A stretch of 64,000 nt of DNA from Octopus sinensis (taxonomy: Eukaryota): NCBI RefSeq assembly GCF_006345805.1, contig NW_021836161.1, forward strand, positions 1-64,000, written 5' to 3'. Below, one piece after another: positions 21,109-34,068 of this stretch (position 1 is its first letter; each line of letters begins with the position of its first letter). The notes under the pieces are model-generated. The model did no database searches. It had not been told where the DNA came from and saw only the letters and a list, made by a program, of their open reading frames with translations. A program made the position numbers and the translations under genes.

Positions 21109-24100
21109 ATATATATAATATATAGATAGATAGATAGATTTAATCGTGTATGTATGTATAGATGTATTATTTATTGACAATGGATCTTGTACAGTTTCCG
21201 GTGATTCGCCGACTCTGTTTTAGACGTCTGCAGTACCTGAGAGCATAACGAAGGAATTCCCGGGGGGGAGTGAGCAGATGAGAAATGTGGCTAAGGTGAA
21301 CATAGAAAAGAACTTTCTGTCCCTAACTTTGCAAAATGCAGAATTTATTATTGACACTTCATTTGACGTAGAAGGTGTTACTTGACCACAATTGTATGAC
21401 CCACAAAGTGCGAACCTGCTTGTTTCTAAATAGATTAATCCAAGACAACCTTCCGTTCATGCAATGCGTCGCGGAAAGTTTAGGAATTAAGAAACCTTCA
21501 GTGAGGCCTTGATCACTTATGATTACTCGAAAGCGTTCGGAATGTTCCACAATCATTTCTTTGCACCTGTGCTAAAGTGGTTGCTTTCGGACTCGTTTTA
21601 AGAGCCTGGATTGCTGCAAGACTTATTGGAATTTGCTTAAAGAACAAGATAGAATGTGACCCACTTCATGGAATCTTTTCTCATCTCACGCTCGGGCTAT
21701 TAGGGATATTCTTTTCGCTTCCCCTCCCCTCACTTTCTCTTGAGAAAGTAAATGAGCTGTTGAGAAATATCCCTTTCGAAATCGAAAGAAAAAATTTGGT
21801 AGGGTAGGTGTCATATTGCCATAATCATACCTGGAACAGTTATAACTAACGAATATAGATAAATACTTTAATAGTCCCCAGTATACAGAAAATGTTAAAA
21901 CCTCTCTACATCTCTTTCGATCTTCTTCTCTATAGCTTCTTATATGTGGGTGAATATAGCTGAGTGTAGAATAAAGAAACAGCGTGCAGTAACAAAAAAT
22001 CTTTGAAATTTTTATAATGAAACTGCTTTTGATGATTAGGACAATGCTATGGATAATTTTATAAAAAAATATTTTCGATAAATAAAATATTTGAAAATTC
22101 TTCACAATTATCTTCTGAACAGTATGATATATTAAAAACGCACAAATTGTGGACTCCAGCTGGGCTTGAGCTTTTGCGAAAAAACGAAAACATACTTAGT
22201 GACATATTATTTGACATAAATATTTCTGTATCAGTTTTGCTTTTTTTTTTCTCTTGCTCTGCTCCTATTCTTCTTTTCGTTCTTGTTTTTTTTTTAAATA
22301 AAATGTTTTCTGTTTGAACGGAGATTTGAAAAATCACTCAAATTCTCACTGTCTTTCTCTCTTGTAACACTTTCAATCTAACGCTATATAAAATCTACCT
22401 TAGCCACGATAAGTAGGATATAATTTTGATACTTAAGATTACCCTTCTCAAGTGGAGTTGCTGCAAATTGCCATTGCATTTAGTAATTATGACACATATC
22501 CACAAGAGGGAGAAATATTTTTTTTTTAAATCAGGAATTTATACTGTATGGTATTTTATAGACCTGTATTTGTCTATGTTGTTGAGATACACGCTCTGGA
22601 TGCTGAGTTGCTTCTTTTAGCTAGTTTTTGTTTAAGTTATGTACACATGAGTTTGCGTGTTCTGTGGGAAATATTTAGGTGATTATGAATGTCTAAAACC
22701 AGGTTGAATGCAATCTTCTGACTTAGATTCAGACGGAGACAGGCGAAATATATGTATATACATGAAACAGTGTGTATGCATACACAATCTGTGTCAATCA
22801 TTTCCTTCTCATCACAGACCCTGTACTGTCAGGCAAAATGCTGCTGGAAATTCAATTAACTTTGCTGGGAAATGAGTAGCCCGTACCCATTGTTGCTTTA
22901 TAATCTCGTCACGCATTCGTCCATCAGGTCAGTGGGATGGCTTTATAACTCGTATTTGAATGCCTGAGTAGGTCTTTGAGAAGGAACTCTTCGAGATTAA
23001 TGTTAAAGAAATATTTAAGAACAATGGCCACCGTTAAAACGTATTTTGCAATACATTTCTGAAGGACCTCTTCCAGCTTGCTTAAAAGGTCGCAGTGCAA
23101 CTACCTGCGATAGATATCTCCTAAGTCCTAACGATCCTCAAATAATCGCTATCGTCATCTCGTCCCACCAACGGTTCTTGACCACAAGTTTATACACAAG
23201 GTGACGGGAATGTGGAGCACCGTATTACGGTGAGTTTTGTTGTAGCACGCAAGCGCCTCTGTGTGTGTGTGTGAGTCGGCAGGTTTGTAAATTGAGCTAC
23301 GTTAGTTTGTGTGTGTTTGAGTGATGTTACGGTATATACGTACGTGCGCTATAAGGATAGTAACTCCTTGTATGTGAGCATTTGTGTAGCGAGGAATACA
23401 AAAGACGGTGATGTGGTGAAGACCTTTATGAACATACTTAACTTCTGTGCAATGTAAACGATATTATTTGTGTGTTAGTACGTATAACGAACAGTGTGTT
23501 ACGGTTGGAGAACAGTTTGAAGTTGTGCAAAATAATTATCAAAGTTATGGCGTAAAAGTCATAGGTTTGTTTGTAGGCTTGCGTATAAGAAAAACGAAAT
23601 TATGGACATAAGGAAGTTCTGAGAAAGCATAAACCGTGGGTTTATAGCGAAGAAGAAAATAAGACAAAAATGTGGAATGTGTTGCTAGTTCGAATCCCCA
23701 AGAACAATGGGGCGTCAGAAAATGGAAGCTGGTAATAGCAGTTACCATAAACGTGATTTTCATGAGGAAATAGCTCATTTGAGGCAACGAAAGTGATCAG
23801 AGAGGCGAAGAGTATATTTGAGCAAATGTGTGTGCAGATGTGCGGAATTGAATGTTTGTGTATCTATGTGTGTGTTTGTGTGAGTGAGAGAATGTGAGTG
23901 CAACAGTCAACCTGGTGAGAAGTCATAGTGGACAACAATTGAAAGAGAAAGATGGTGTATGTTATCACAGTATAGGATCGAGTTACCTTTCGTCAAGGGA
24001 ACATGGACCGTGTATGTTGAACAATATTCAGCAAAGATAAAGAGCTCAAAGTTGCCAGGAACCTATATTGGACTGACGTAGACAAATACAGGCATATCAA

Positions 24101-24269
24101 ATGACATACAACATAGGTAATTCGTTTATTAAAATCATCTGAGCCGCTACATGCTTAATTGCCATTCGGTAATTATGATAGATCGTCAGAACACGGAAAT
24201 AATTGTAATAAATCAAGAATGTGCATATAAAATGAACAGGAAACAGAAGATTGGACAGTAGAGGATATA

Positions 24270-24302
24270 CATATATATACATATATATATATTCATGCTT
24301 AC

Positions 24303-24387
<85 letters not shown>

Positions 24388-24420
24388 ATGTATGTATGTA
24401 TATGTGCATTAGTGTACTGG
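24270..24420. repeat. (TA)n(TG)n(TATG)n microsatellite
   Basis: Direct inspection. Confidence 0.95.
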
Positions 24421-25099
24421 TATGTGTGAGAGCGAATGTATGTATAAAACGTGTAATTGCACATATGTTAAACATTTGTTTGTGAGGGTCGGAAAAAGTA
24501 ACGAGAAAAGATAGCAAGCGTTTGTACGTTAAGGGCTGCTACTTTCGGAGCTGATAAGTTGGACTTATTTAGAATATAAGTTACCCGTTTTTTAGGGTGG
24601 ATGATGGGCGTGGCTGCTTTTTATCATTTCGTCAGAACTTATCGAAAGAGACGTAAAATTGTTAATTCTAGAAGTGTGAGGTGGACGATCATTTGTTGAT
24701 GTCCAAAGAGACTGGAACGGAAATATTAAGAGTGTGCCTAGCTGTTTGCAAATTGCCATTGAGGTCTGTCACACAACTATCGGCATGTCAGCTGGAAATT
24801 TGTCAAGTGGAGATAGATACCCAGCATAAACAGGCCGACAGGTTTAGAAGGTGAGTGGGGGTAAAACTGGTGGTCTTGGTAGTCGTGGGAGAACAGGGAA
24901 GTATCGTTCGAGTGAATTGGGCGTTGATTGGGTCTGATGAATGTGGTGGAGTTGGAAGTAAGGGCAATTGAAACAGCAGACCCACGAGCGAAAGATATCT
25001 GCGTGAAGTACACGGATGAGGAGTGGGGGTCACTATGAGTTTATATGTATATGTATGCTTACTGGTGTTTTTGGTCATATGTGTTGCAGATGGAGAGAC

Positions 25100-25322
25100 G
25101 GATGGAGATATATATAGATACACGTACATAAGTATAATATATATAAATAAATATTTAATAAGTACATATATGTATATGTACATATATGTGTATGTATATA
25201 CATATATACATGTAGATATATAAATATATGTACATATATATATAATATATATATAATATATATATGTATATGTACATATATGTGTATGTATATACATATA
25301 TACATGTAGATATATAAATATA

Positions 25323-25362
<40 letters not shown>

Positions 25363-25445
25363 AGATAAATAAAAATATATGCATACATACAAACATATAT
25401 GTACGTACCTACATCTACATGTATATATACATGCATATATAAATA
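25100..25445. repeat. TA-rich array with a ~80-bp internal tandem duplication
   Basis: gtacatatatgtgtatgtatatacatatatacatgtagatatataaatatatgtacat occurs twice (about 25178 and 25270). Confidence 0.85.
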
Positions 25446-25447
25446 AT

Positions 25448-25860
25448 TATACGGGAGTACAGGACATCACAATAAGACGTAGAAACGGAAAAGCCAAAAA
25501 ACAAAAAACAAGAAAACGGAAAACGAAAAACAAATACAGGACGAGCTACAAGGACAAAACCCCCGTCATCAGCTGTCGCTAGAGGAGTCAGGCATGTTTC
25601 GAAGGCATAACAGAACACTAATCCAATAGGCCTTCCTGCGAGAGAATTAAAATAAAATTTCAAGCAGCGGGGCACAATGAGTACGAACACAAACAAGACG
25701 TAACAATAAGACTGCAAAATAAAATACATGTACAAAAACAAACACAAGAGGACGAACGAAAAAGCCTTTTTTCTGGCATAGACAAACAATAAAACTGCAA
25801 AAATAAAAATACATGTACAAAAAGTACAATTAGTTACAAAACGAGAAAATAACAAGTGTG
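25448..25860 (-). mobile_element. Unclassified repeat family E (probable PLE-terminal-repeat derivative), copy 1
   Basis: Shares gagtacaggaca.cacaa, acaagga.aaa.cccc.tcatcagctgtc.ctag...gcatgtttcgaa and ccttcctgcga with 43318-43580. Confidence 0.55.
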
Positions 25861-26947
25861 TGTATATATATATATGCATATGTACATTATATATATATGT
25901 ACTATATACATTTGTGTATGTATATATATATTATATGTATGTATATATATGTATATATACATTATATATATATACTACATACATTTGTGTGTATGTGTGT
26001 ATATATTATGTATGTATATATATATATGTATGTATATGTGCATTATATTATATATATATATACTACATACATTTGGTGTATGTGTATATATATATATATA
26101 TAATATATTATGTGTATATATATATATGTATGTATATGTACATTATATATATATATATACTACATACATTTGTGTGTATGTGTATATATATATATATATA
26201 TAATATATTATGTGTATATATATATATATATGTATGTATATGTACATTATATATATATATACTACATATATTGTGTGTATGTGTGGTGTATATATATATA
26301 TATATATAATATATTTATGTGTTATATATATATGTATGATATGTACATTATATATATATACTACATACATTTGTGTGTATGTGTGTGTATATATATATAT
26401 ATATATAATGTGTATATATATATATTATATGTGTATATATATAAGCGAGAAAGAAGCAACAAGAATGGATAGGTTTTTAGTACAATCGTTTCATACAAGG
26501 ACAGGCTTTATTAAAAGTTGTAAAAATAAAGCATATAAACGTGTCCGTACTCATCAGCTAAAATATATATATATATGTGTATATATATATATATTATATT
26601 ATATGTGTATATATATATATATATTATATGTGTATAATATATATATATTGTATGTGTATATATATATATATTGTATGTGTATATAAATATATATTATATG
26701 TGTATATATATATATATTATATGTGTATATATATATATTATATGTATGTATATATATATATATTATATGTATGTAATATATATATATTATATGTATGTAT
26801 ATATATATATATTATATGTATGTATATATATATATATTATATGTATGTATATATATATATATTATATGTATGTATATATATATATATTATATGTATGTAT
26901 ATATATATGTATGTATATGTACATTATATATAATAACTACATACATT

Positions 26948-26995
<48 letters not shown>
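25856..26995. repeat. 1.1-kb (TA)-rich micro/minisatellite
   Basis: Recurring units tatatatattatatgtatg and tactacatacatttgtgtgtatg; source of many spurious YI/IY ORFs. Confidence 0.95.
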
Positions 26996-27000
<5 letters not shown>

Positions 27001-27702
27001 TTACTTAGTTCTAAAGAAGAAATATATAATAGAGAGAGTCAGCCGCTACACCATATCTATGTACACGTCATTCATATTATGATGTAATGCAGAAGAAAAC
27101 CCAATGTCAATTTACATTGCTTTAAGTATAACACGGCTCCTATTTAATGCCATAAGTACGAACTAATGCCAAGCAAACAAACTGACAACAGTTATCTGCC
27201 AGCTAGTAGTACTCATAATACTAGCATACGATTGTTGAGGCTGTAGCAATTTTAACTTGATGTCTATCGTAATAGGATACATTTTCGATATTATTTCGCT
27301 GCAATTAACAATTGCATTTACAGCAAGCGAACGTTGCAACTGGACGCGTTGATGGGCTTTTGTGTACCGAATCAAGTATTTGATTGTTCATATCATATCA
27401 TCTCTACAGAAAAAAAAATAGAACAAAAAACAAAAACAAAATTTTTTAAATGCTGCTTTGAACACAAACCTTTATGGTTAGAGATTTTGCTAGAAATAGC
27501 AGTTCACTAATGCCAACAGCGACACCTTCATTTCAAAGCAACAGAAAAAAAACTTAGTATGTCTTGTGAAGAATTGAGCATGCGGTAAAATAATTAGAGT
27601 AGCTAAAGTCGGGATGGCCCTGGACGGGATGCCTTCTCTGTGTTTTTTTTACTCGGTCACTTTCCAGCGTGGGTCTAGATAATAGTGGCTAGGGGAACAT
27701 AC

Positions 27703-27897
27703 TAGAAGCGTAGCTAGGGTGTGACGGGGAACATACGTCCCGGACGACGCTTTTCGGGGCGCAGCAACCTTAGATTTCCTAGAAAAGCCTGTCGAACATT
27801 TGGGTTTCCTACATAAGCCTTTCAAGGTCTGCTGGTGGTGGTGGTGGTAGGGGCAACTAAAGGGCTACTCGATTGACGCTCTGTAGCTACGTCACTC
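27703..27897. mobile_element. Possible decayed hAT-type MITE
   Basis: GC-rich island ending in gcgtagcta...tagctacgtcact inverted termini; short and imperfect. Confidence 0.35.
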
Positions 27898-28295
27898 GCC
27901 AAAAGATTCCAATTTAGTATCAAGTTTAAATGGGTGTACTAGACTTCGGTAGATTTCCTTTGTTACACTGGGAATCGATTATTTTAAATGATATTAAGGG
28001 TAGACGTCTTTTGTCTAACTACTTCTAAATACCAGTATGAGACTGTTTCTCACTTCAAACTTGTCTCTACCTTTCAGGATTTCGTGGTCGATAAAATGTG
28101 CACCAGGTAATCATCGGGGCATATGTAATTAATTTACCCATGCTTGTAAATTCCAGATATTGTGTATATAGTCGAAATATCATCAGAGAATTTCCACCAA
28201 TATTGACGACAGTGTGTCTGCACATTTTTCGACTACGTAAGCAATGAAAACGAAATTCATTGAAACCGTGCGATGATGATTGTAAATACGGACGG

Positions 28296-28677
28296 GTGGA
28301 GGCGCAATGGCCCAGTGGTTAGGGCAGCGGACTCGCGGTCATAGGATCGTGGTTTCGATTCCCTGACCGGGCGTTGTGAGTGTTTATTGAGCGAAAACAC
28401 CTAAAAAAGCTCCACGAGGCTCCGGCAGGGGATGGTGGTGATCCCTGCTGTACTCTTTCACCACAACTTTCTCTTACTTCCTGTTTCTGTTGTACCTGTA
28501 TTTCAAAGGGCCGGCCTTGTCACTCGCTGTGTCACGCTGAATATCCCCGAGAACTACGTTAAGGGTACACGTGTCTGTGGAGTGCTCAGCCACTTACACG
28601 TTAATTTCACGAGCAGGCTGTTCCGTTGATTCGGATCAACCGGAACCCTCATCGTCGCAACCGACGGAGTGCTTCCC
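28296..28677 (+). mobile_element. SINE family B, 12-bp TSD
   Basis: TSD aaatacggacgg at 28284-28295 and 28678-28689. Confidence 0.92.
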
Positions 28678-28717
28678 AAATACGGACGGACATATTTCAC
28701 TATGTAATCTTAGACCT

Positions 28718-28842
28718 AGGCGCTGGTATGGCTGCGTGGTAACAAGCTGGCTTCCCACCACATGGTTATGGGTTCAGTCCTACAGTGTAGAATCTTCAGT
28801 GTCTTCTATCATAGACTTGGGCCGACCAAACCTTGCGAGTGG
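28718..28842 (+). mobile_element. SINE family A 5' fragment, diverged
   Basis: aggcgctggtatggctgcgtggtaac...gggttcagtcc...gggccgaccaaaccttgcgagtgg. Confidence 0.7.
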
Positions 28843-29286
28843 CATTAGGAGACTGATTATAGCATAGCATACACCTCAACACGATTTCTAGACGTGCTTG
28901 CAAATTTTCTGTCAGATTACTCGGGTATAGTGTACAATCAATATAACCAAGAGCTGGGTTTTGTCAAATCTATGGTATCTTTGCAAAGCTACAACATGTA
29001 GGTCATTACAAGCGTGATGGTCGATTTACTGGTAAAGAAATTAGAGCTTTAGCTGTAGGAAAGAACGGAGTTCCTCACAGATGTAGAACAGTCATTTCAT
29101 GGATATACGATAGCATCAGGATTGATCTACCAAATAACATTCTACAATTTAAATATGCTAAAGATATTTCATCTACACACTCTTTCTCTCTCTTTGTGTG
29201 TGAGTCTCTCACTCCCTTTCTACATTTCTCTCTTTCTCTCCCTCTCTCTCTATATATATGTGTGTGTAAATATATACATATGTGTG

Positions 29287-29318
<32 letters not shown>

Positions 29319-29494
29319 ATATTATATTGGTAAAAATGGTATGATAACAAAAAAAGAAAGAGACCTTAATATTATGTAAATAGAGGAAATTTATCTGTAA
29401 ATATAATATGTGACAATTATTCAATAGCCAAGATAAAACCCTGAGTTTTGGATGCCGGAGTGGAAATCCACAACACCATCTCTTCGGTTATCTG

Positions 29495-29535
<41 letters not shown>

Positions 29536-29550
29536 TACATTGTTGTATTT

Positions 29551-29744
29551 TGATCCCCTTCGGTCATGAATGACCATGGGAATGCACCTAGAATGTTACC
29601 CTCCGAGGCACATGTCTGGGCAAGGTTGTTTATGGAAGACCAGCAGTCGCCCATGCATGCCAACCTCGCCACTGCACGCCACTGATGTCATCCAAGGGAA
29701 AGGCAAAAGCTGATACAGTGGCACCAGTGACGTCGCAGCTCATT
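29551..29744 (-). mobile_element. SINE family D, 3' portion
   Basis: Reverse complement of 2745-2930. Confidence 0.8.
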
Positions 29745-30035
29745 TATTAACGTGCAAGTGGCTGAGCACTCCGCAGACACGTGTACCCTTAACGTCATTC
29801 TCGGGGAGATTCAGCGTGACACAGTGTGGGAAGGCCGGCCCTTTGAAATACAGGTACAACAGAAACAAGAAGAAAGTGAGAGAAAGAAGTGGTGAAAGGG
29901 TACAGCAGGGTTCTCCACCACCTCCTGCCGGTGTTTCGTGGAGCTTTAAGTGTTTTTGCTCAATAAACCCTCACAATGCTCGGTCTGGGAATCGAAACTG
30001 CGATACGACGACCGCGAGTCCGCTGCCCTAACTAC
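29745..30035 (-). mobile_element. SINE family B, truncated at both ends, abutting the D fragment
   Basis: Matches the B body; lacks the terminal hairpins and the first ~20 nt. Confidence 0.85.
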
Positions 30036-30421
30036 TTGTATGCATGTATATACATACAATTTAAATTTATGTAGGAAATTTATAGTTTGCTTTATAAAGC
30101 TCGTTCTCTAGTATTGGCAGTTTCACAACGAAAAGCTATAGTATATTGTTAATGAGGTTACATCCGGGAATCCATAAATATCCGTAGAGTACGTATTTAA
30201 ATCATGGAGAAACAAGTGAGAATGGATTCAGGAAACACGCTTTATTGCATAATACTACAATACTTTCATCTTCACTTTACCAGCAGATAATTGACGAAAT
30301 ATTGTTATATTAAAAATAGATTAAATTTATTATGTTGCATCAATGTTGTTTCAGCAACATTGGCAAATGAAGATTCTCCAGGTATGAAGGCAAAGCGCTG
30401 GTAAATTAAACTATATTCCGC

Positions 30422-30484
<63 letters not shown>

Positions 30485-30514
30485 TTATTTGTTATGGAAT
30501 AACAAATACTTATA

Positions 30515-30738
30515 TACTCTTTTACTCTTTTATATGTTTCAGTCATTTGACTGCGGCCATGCTGGAGCACCGCCTTTAATCGAGCAACTCGACCCCGGAA
30601 CTTCTTTTTTTTTTGTAAGCCCAGTACTTATTCTATCGGTCTCTTTTGCCGAACGGCTAAGTAACGGGGACATAAACACACCATCATCGGTTGTCAAGCA
30701 ATGCTAGAGGGACAAACATATACACACACATACAAATA

Positions 30739-30800
<62 letters not shown>

Positions 30801-30961
30801 GACAGGTTTCTTTCAGTTTCCGTCTATCAAATCCACTCACAAGGCTTTGGTCGGCCCGAGGCTATAGCAGAAGACACTTGCCCGGTGCCACGCAGTTGGA
30901 CTGAACCCAGAACCATGTGGTTGGTTAGCAAGCTACTTAGCACACAGCCACTCCTGCGCCT
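30515..30961 (-). mobile_element. SINE family A, full length, ~36-bp flanking duplication
   Basis: tatt(g/a)ttttatttgtta(t/g)ggaataacaaatacttat at 30478-30513 and 30983-31018. Confidence 0.9.
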
Positions 30962-31072
30962 ATGAATAATAATATATGTATATATTATTTTATTTGTTAG
31001 GGAATAACAAATACTTATGTGTTTAAAATTAAAATATAATTTTTAGTTTCAAACTATGATAAAGGTATTAAG

Positions 31073-31169
31073 TGGCCTGATGATTGGGGTTACTTTATAA
31101 GAAAGGGTCCTGCAAAACACGGCGTGCTTAAGGGACCGGACAATGAACCTCAAGAAACACGTGTAGCCG
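31073..31169 (+). ncRNA. Type I hammerhead ribozyme candidate, apparently intact
   Basis: TGGC-CTGATGA-TTGGGGTT[loop]AACCTCAA-GAA-ACACGTGT-A-GCCG: all core nucleotides, 4-bp helix I, 8-bp helix II, palindromic helix III, GUA site. Confidence 0.7.
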
Positions 31170-31340
31170 AGATATGAGTAGTAAGTATTAAATTAAATTA
31201 AAATTCTTTTTTATATGGTGGGATGAAGGGGACTAATATCTCTAAATTATATATATATATATATTATGTATTGATTAAGTCTTTCGTTGTTTGTTTTGCA
31301 AAATAGTGGTTTTGTCTCTAATAATATTTTATATATATAT

Positions 31341-31503
31341 AGGCGCAGGAGTGGCTGTGTGGTAAGAAGCTTGCTAACCAGCCACATGGTTCCGGGTTCA
31401 GTCCCACTGCGTGACATCTTGGGCAACCGTCTTCTGCTATAGCCCCGGGCCGACCAATATCTTGTGAGTGGATTTGGTAGACGGAAACTGAAAGAAGCCT
31501 TTC

Positions 31504-31539
<36 letters not shown>

Positions 31540-31750
31540 ATGTATATGCTTGTCTGTGTTTGTCCCCCTAGCATTGCTTGAAAACCGATGTTGGTGTGTT
31601 TACGTCCCCGTCACTTAGCGGTTTGGCAAAAGAGACCGATAGAATAAGTACTGGGCTTACAAAGAATAAGTCCCGGGGTCGATTTGCTCGACTAAAGGCG
31701 TTGCTCCAGCATGGCCGCAGTAAAATAACTGAAACAAGTAAAAAAGAAAA
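31341..31750 (+). mobile_element. SINE family A, full length
   Basis: Family A consensus from head to tail. Confidence 0.9.
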
Positions 31751-32219
31751 AAAAGATATACATATATATATCTATATATATATGCCTTAACACATTCAGA
31801 ACTTAAAATCAAATACCACGATATCGTTAATCTCACAAATGCCCTAAATAGGCCAGAATTGATGAGAAACTATCATGGTTGACCAAAGCAGCCATTCTTC
31901 ATATCTTGATAGGGGCAGTGGGTTTTAATCTAATCTGAGGTGAAACAATTATTATATAATAAGTAAAATACTTTCCTATATTCCTGTAACATTTCACGCC
32001 TGTGCACTATTGGTAGGATTGCACTTTGAGCCATATAAATTCAATAATATTTTTGATTGCCATGCAAAATACATATCTTGCTCAGTTGTATATTATCTGC
32101 GATTGCTCTTAGAATGTTGGTTATTCTTTGTTTGTGTAAAACACGGTTAACTATCAAATCTACGCGCTCTAAAACCAACAACATTCAGTTTCTTTACATG
32201 AACACTCATCTAACATACC

Positions 32220-32638
32220 TATTTCTTTACTACCCGCAAGGAGCTAAACACAGAGAGAACAAACAAGGACAGACAAACGGATTAAGTCGATTATATCGAC
32301 CCCAGTGCGTAACTGGTCAGTAATTTATCGTCCCCGAAAGGATGAAAGGCAAAAGTCGACCTCGGCGGAATTTGAACTCAGAACGTAGCAGCAGACGAAA
32401 TACCTAATTCTCTATTACCCACAAGGGGCTAAACATAGAGGGAACAAACAAGGACAGACATAGGTATTAAGTCAATTACATCGACCCCAGTGCATAACTG
32501 GTACTTAATTTATCGACCTCGAAAGGATGAAAGGCAAGAGTCGACCTCGGCGGAATTTGAACTCAGAACGTAGCAGCAGACGAAATACCGCCAAGTATTT
32601 CGCCAGGCGTGCTAACGTTTCTGCCAACTCGCTGCCTT
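32220..32638 (-). mobile_element. SINE family C dimer with ~19-bp TSD
   Basis: TSD aacactcatctaaca(t/c)acc at 32201-32219 and 32641-32659. Confidence 0.9.
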
Positions 32639-32844
32639 AAAACACTCATCTAACACACCGCCATCAAAACTCTTATCTAACATACCTCCATCTCGCTCTC
32701 ACCCACTTAATGGAGTCATATTGGTGGATATTACTGTGTCTTAGTTATGTAGAGTATAACTACGAGTTGTGTACAGTCTCGCTGGGATTTGCATTTTTTC
32801 TATAATATATTTATACTTTATCATTTCCTTTTGGGGATTGAGGT

Positions 32845-33231
32845 GGATGGAAGCACTCCGTCGGTTACGACGACGAGGGTTCCGGTTGATCCGAATCAAC
32901 GGAACAGTCTGCTCGTAAAATTAACGTGTAAGTGGCTGAGCACTCCACAGATACGTGTACCCTTAACGTAGTTCTCGGGGATATTCAGCGTGACACAGAG
33001 AGTGACAAGGCCGGCCCTTTGAAATACAGGTACAACAGAAACAGGAAGTAAGAGTGAGAGAAAGTTGTGGTGAAAGAGTACAGCAGGGATCACCACCATC
33101 CCCTGCCGGAGCCTCGTGGAGCTTTCTAGGTGTTTTCGCCTAATAAACACTCACAACGCCTCTGGGAATCGAAACCGCAATCCTATGACCGCGAGTCCGC
33201 TGCCCTAACCAATGGGCCATTGCGCCTCCAC
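32845..33231 (-). mobile_element. SINE family B, 13-bp TSD
   Basis: TSD tggggattgaggt at 32832-32844 and 33232-33244. Confidence 0.92.
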
Positions 33232-33417
33232 TGGGGATTGAGGTATCACGCTCATAAGTGTGTATGTGATGATTTTATTATTGTGCTGTGTTATAAGAAT
33301 TGCTTCTTGCATCGAGCATTAAATTTGTTGAGTTGTTTTCTACTAATATTTTAACATATACTTCAGTTGCGTAACATGTAGTGCCGTGTATTTTCATGCT
33401 TAATGCAGTGTATTACA

Positions 33418-33810
33418 GGAGGCGCAAAGGCCCAGTGGTTAGGGCAGCGGACTCGCGGTCATAGGATCGCGGTTTCGATTCCCAGACCGGGCGTAGTGAG
33501 TGTTTATTGAGCAAAAACACCTAATAGTTCCACGAGGCTCCGGCAGGGGATGGTGGTGATCCCTGCTGTACTGTTTCACTACAACTTTCTCTCACTCTTA
33601 CTTCCTGTTTCCGTTGTACCTGTATTTCAAGGGGCCGGCCTTGTCACACTCTGTGTCACGCTGAATATCCCCGAGAACTACGTTAAGGGTGCACATGTCT
33701 GTGGAGTGCTCAGCCACTTACACGTTAATTTCACGAGCAGGCTGTTCCGTTGATTCGGATCAACGGGAACCCTCATCGTCGCAACCGACGGAGTGCTTCC
33801 CTTACCATAT
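33418..33810 (+). mobile_element. SINE family B, 12-bp TSD
   Basis: TSD cagtgtattaca at 33406-33417 and 33811-33822. Confidence 0.92.
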
Positions 33811-33907
33811 CAGTGTATTACAACTGCTTCTTTTTGCGAATGTCTTGTCTACGTGCGAATAAGTATCTTAGAATGAGCAGCAACTGCAATGTATTAACTG
33901 AACATCT

Positions 33908-34067
33908 AGGCGCGGAAGTGGTTGTGAGGTAAGAAGCTTGCTTCCCCAAATCAGGGTTCCGGTTTCATTCCTACTGCATAACAACTTGCGCAAGTGTCTT
34001 TTACTATAGTCCCGAGCCGACCAAATCCCTATGAGTGTATTTAGTAGAAGAAAACTGAAAGTAGCAT
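33908..34067 (+). mobile_element. SINE family A 5' half, diverged
   Basis: aggcgcggaagtggttgtgaggtaagaagcttgc...gaaaactgaaag. Confidence 0.7.
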
Positions 34068-34068
34068 G

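Noticed and set aside
21180-21830. GC-richer segment with 65-76-aa ORFs on both strands
   Set aside because: No motif recognised in any frame; it may be a decayed transposon or exon, and BLASTx would decide.
22980-23240. Possible host exon (open frame of ~60 codons, nearby GT donors)
   Set aside because: No recognisable protein similarity, weak acceptor and no partner exons.
24929-24984. TGGGT-CTGATGA...GAAAC-AGCAG-ACCCA hammerhead-like motif
   Set aside because: Helix I is good but there is no UH cleavage triplet and no helix II; at most a decayed remnant.
7789-33753. Recurrent 65-94-aa ORF (MVVIPAVLFHHNFLSLLLPVSVVPVFQRAG...) and similar recurrent ORFs from families A and C
   Set aside because: Read-through of young SINE copies; start and length vary with indels, and there is no evidence of coding constraint.
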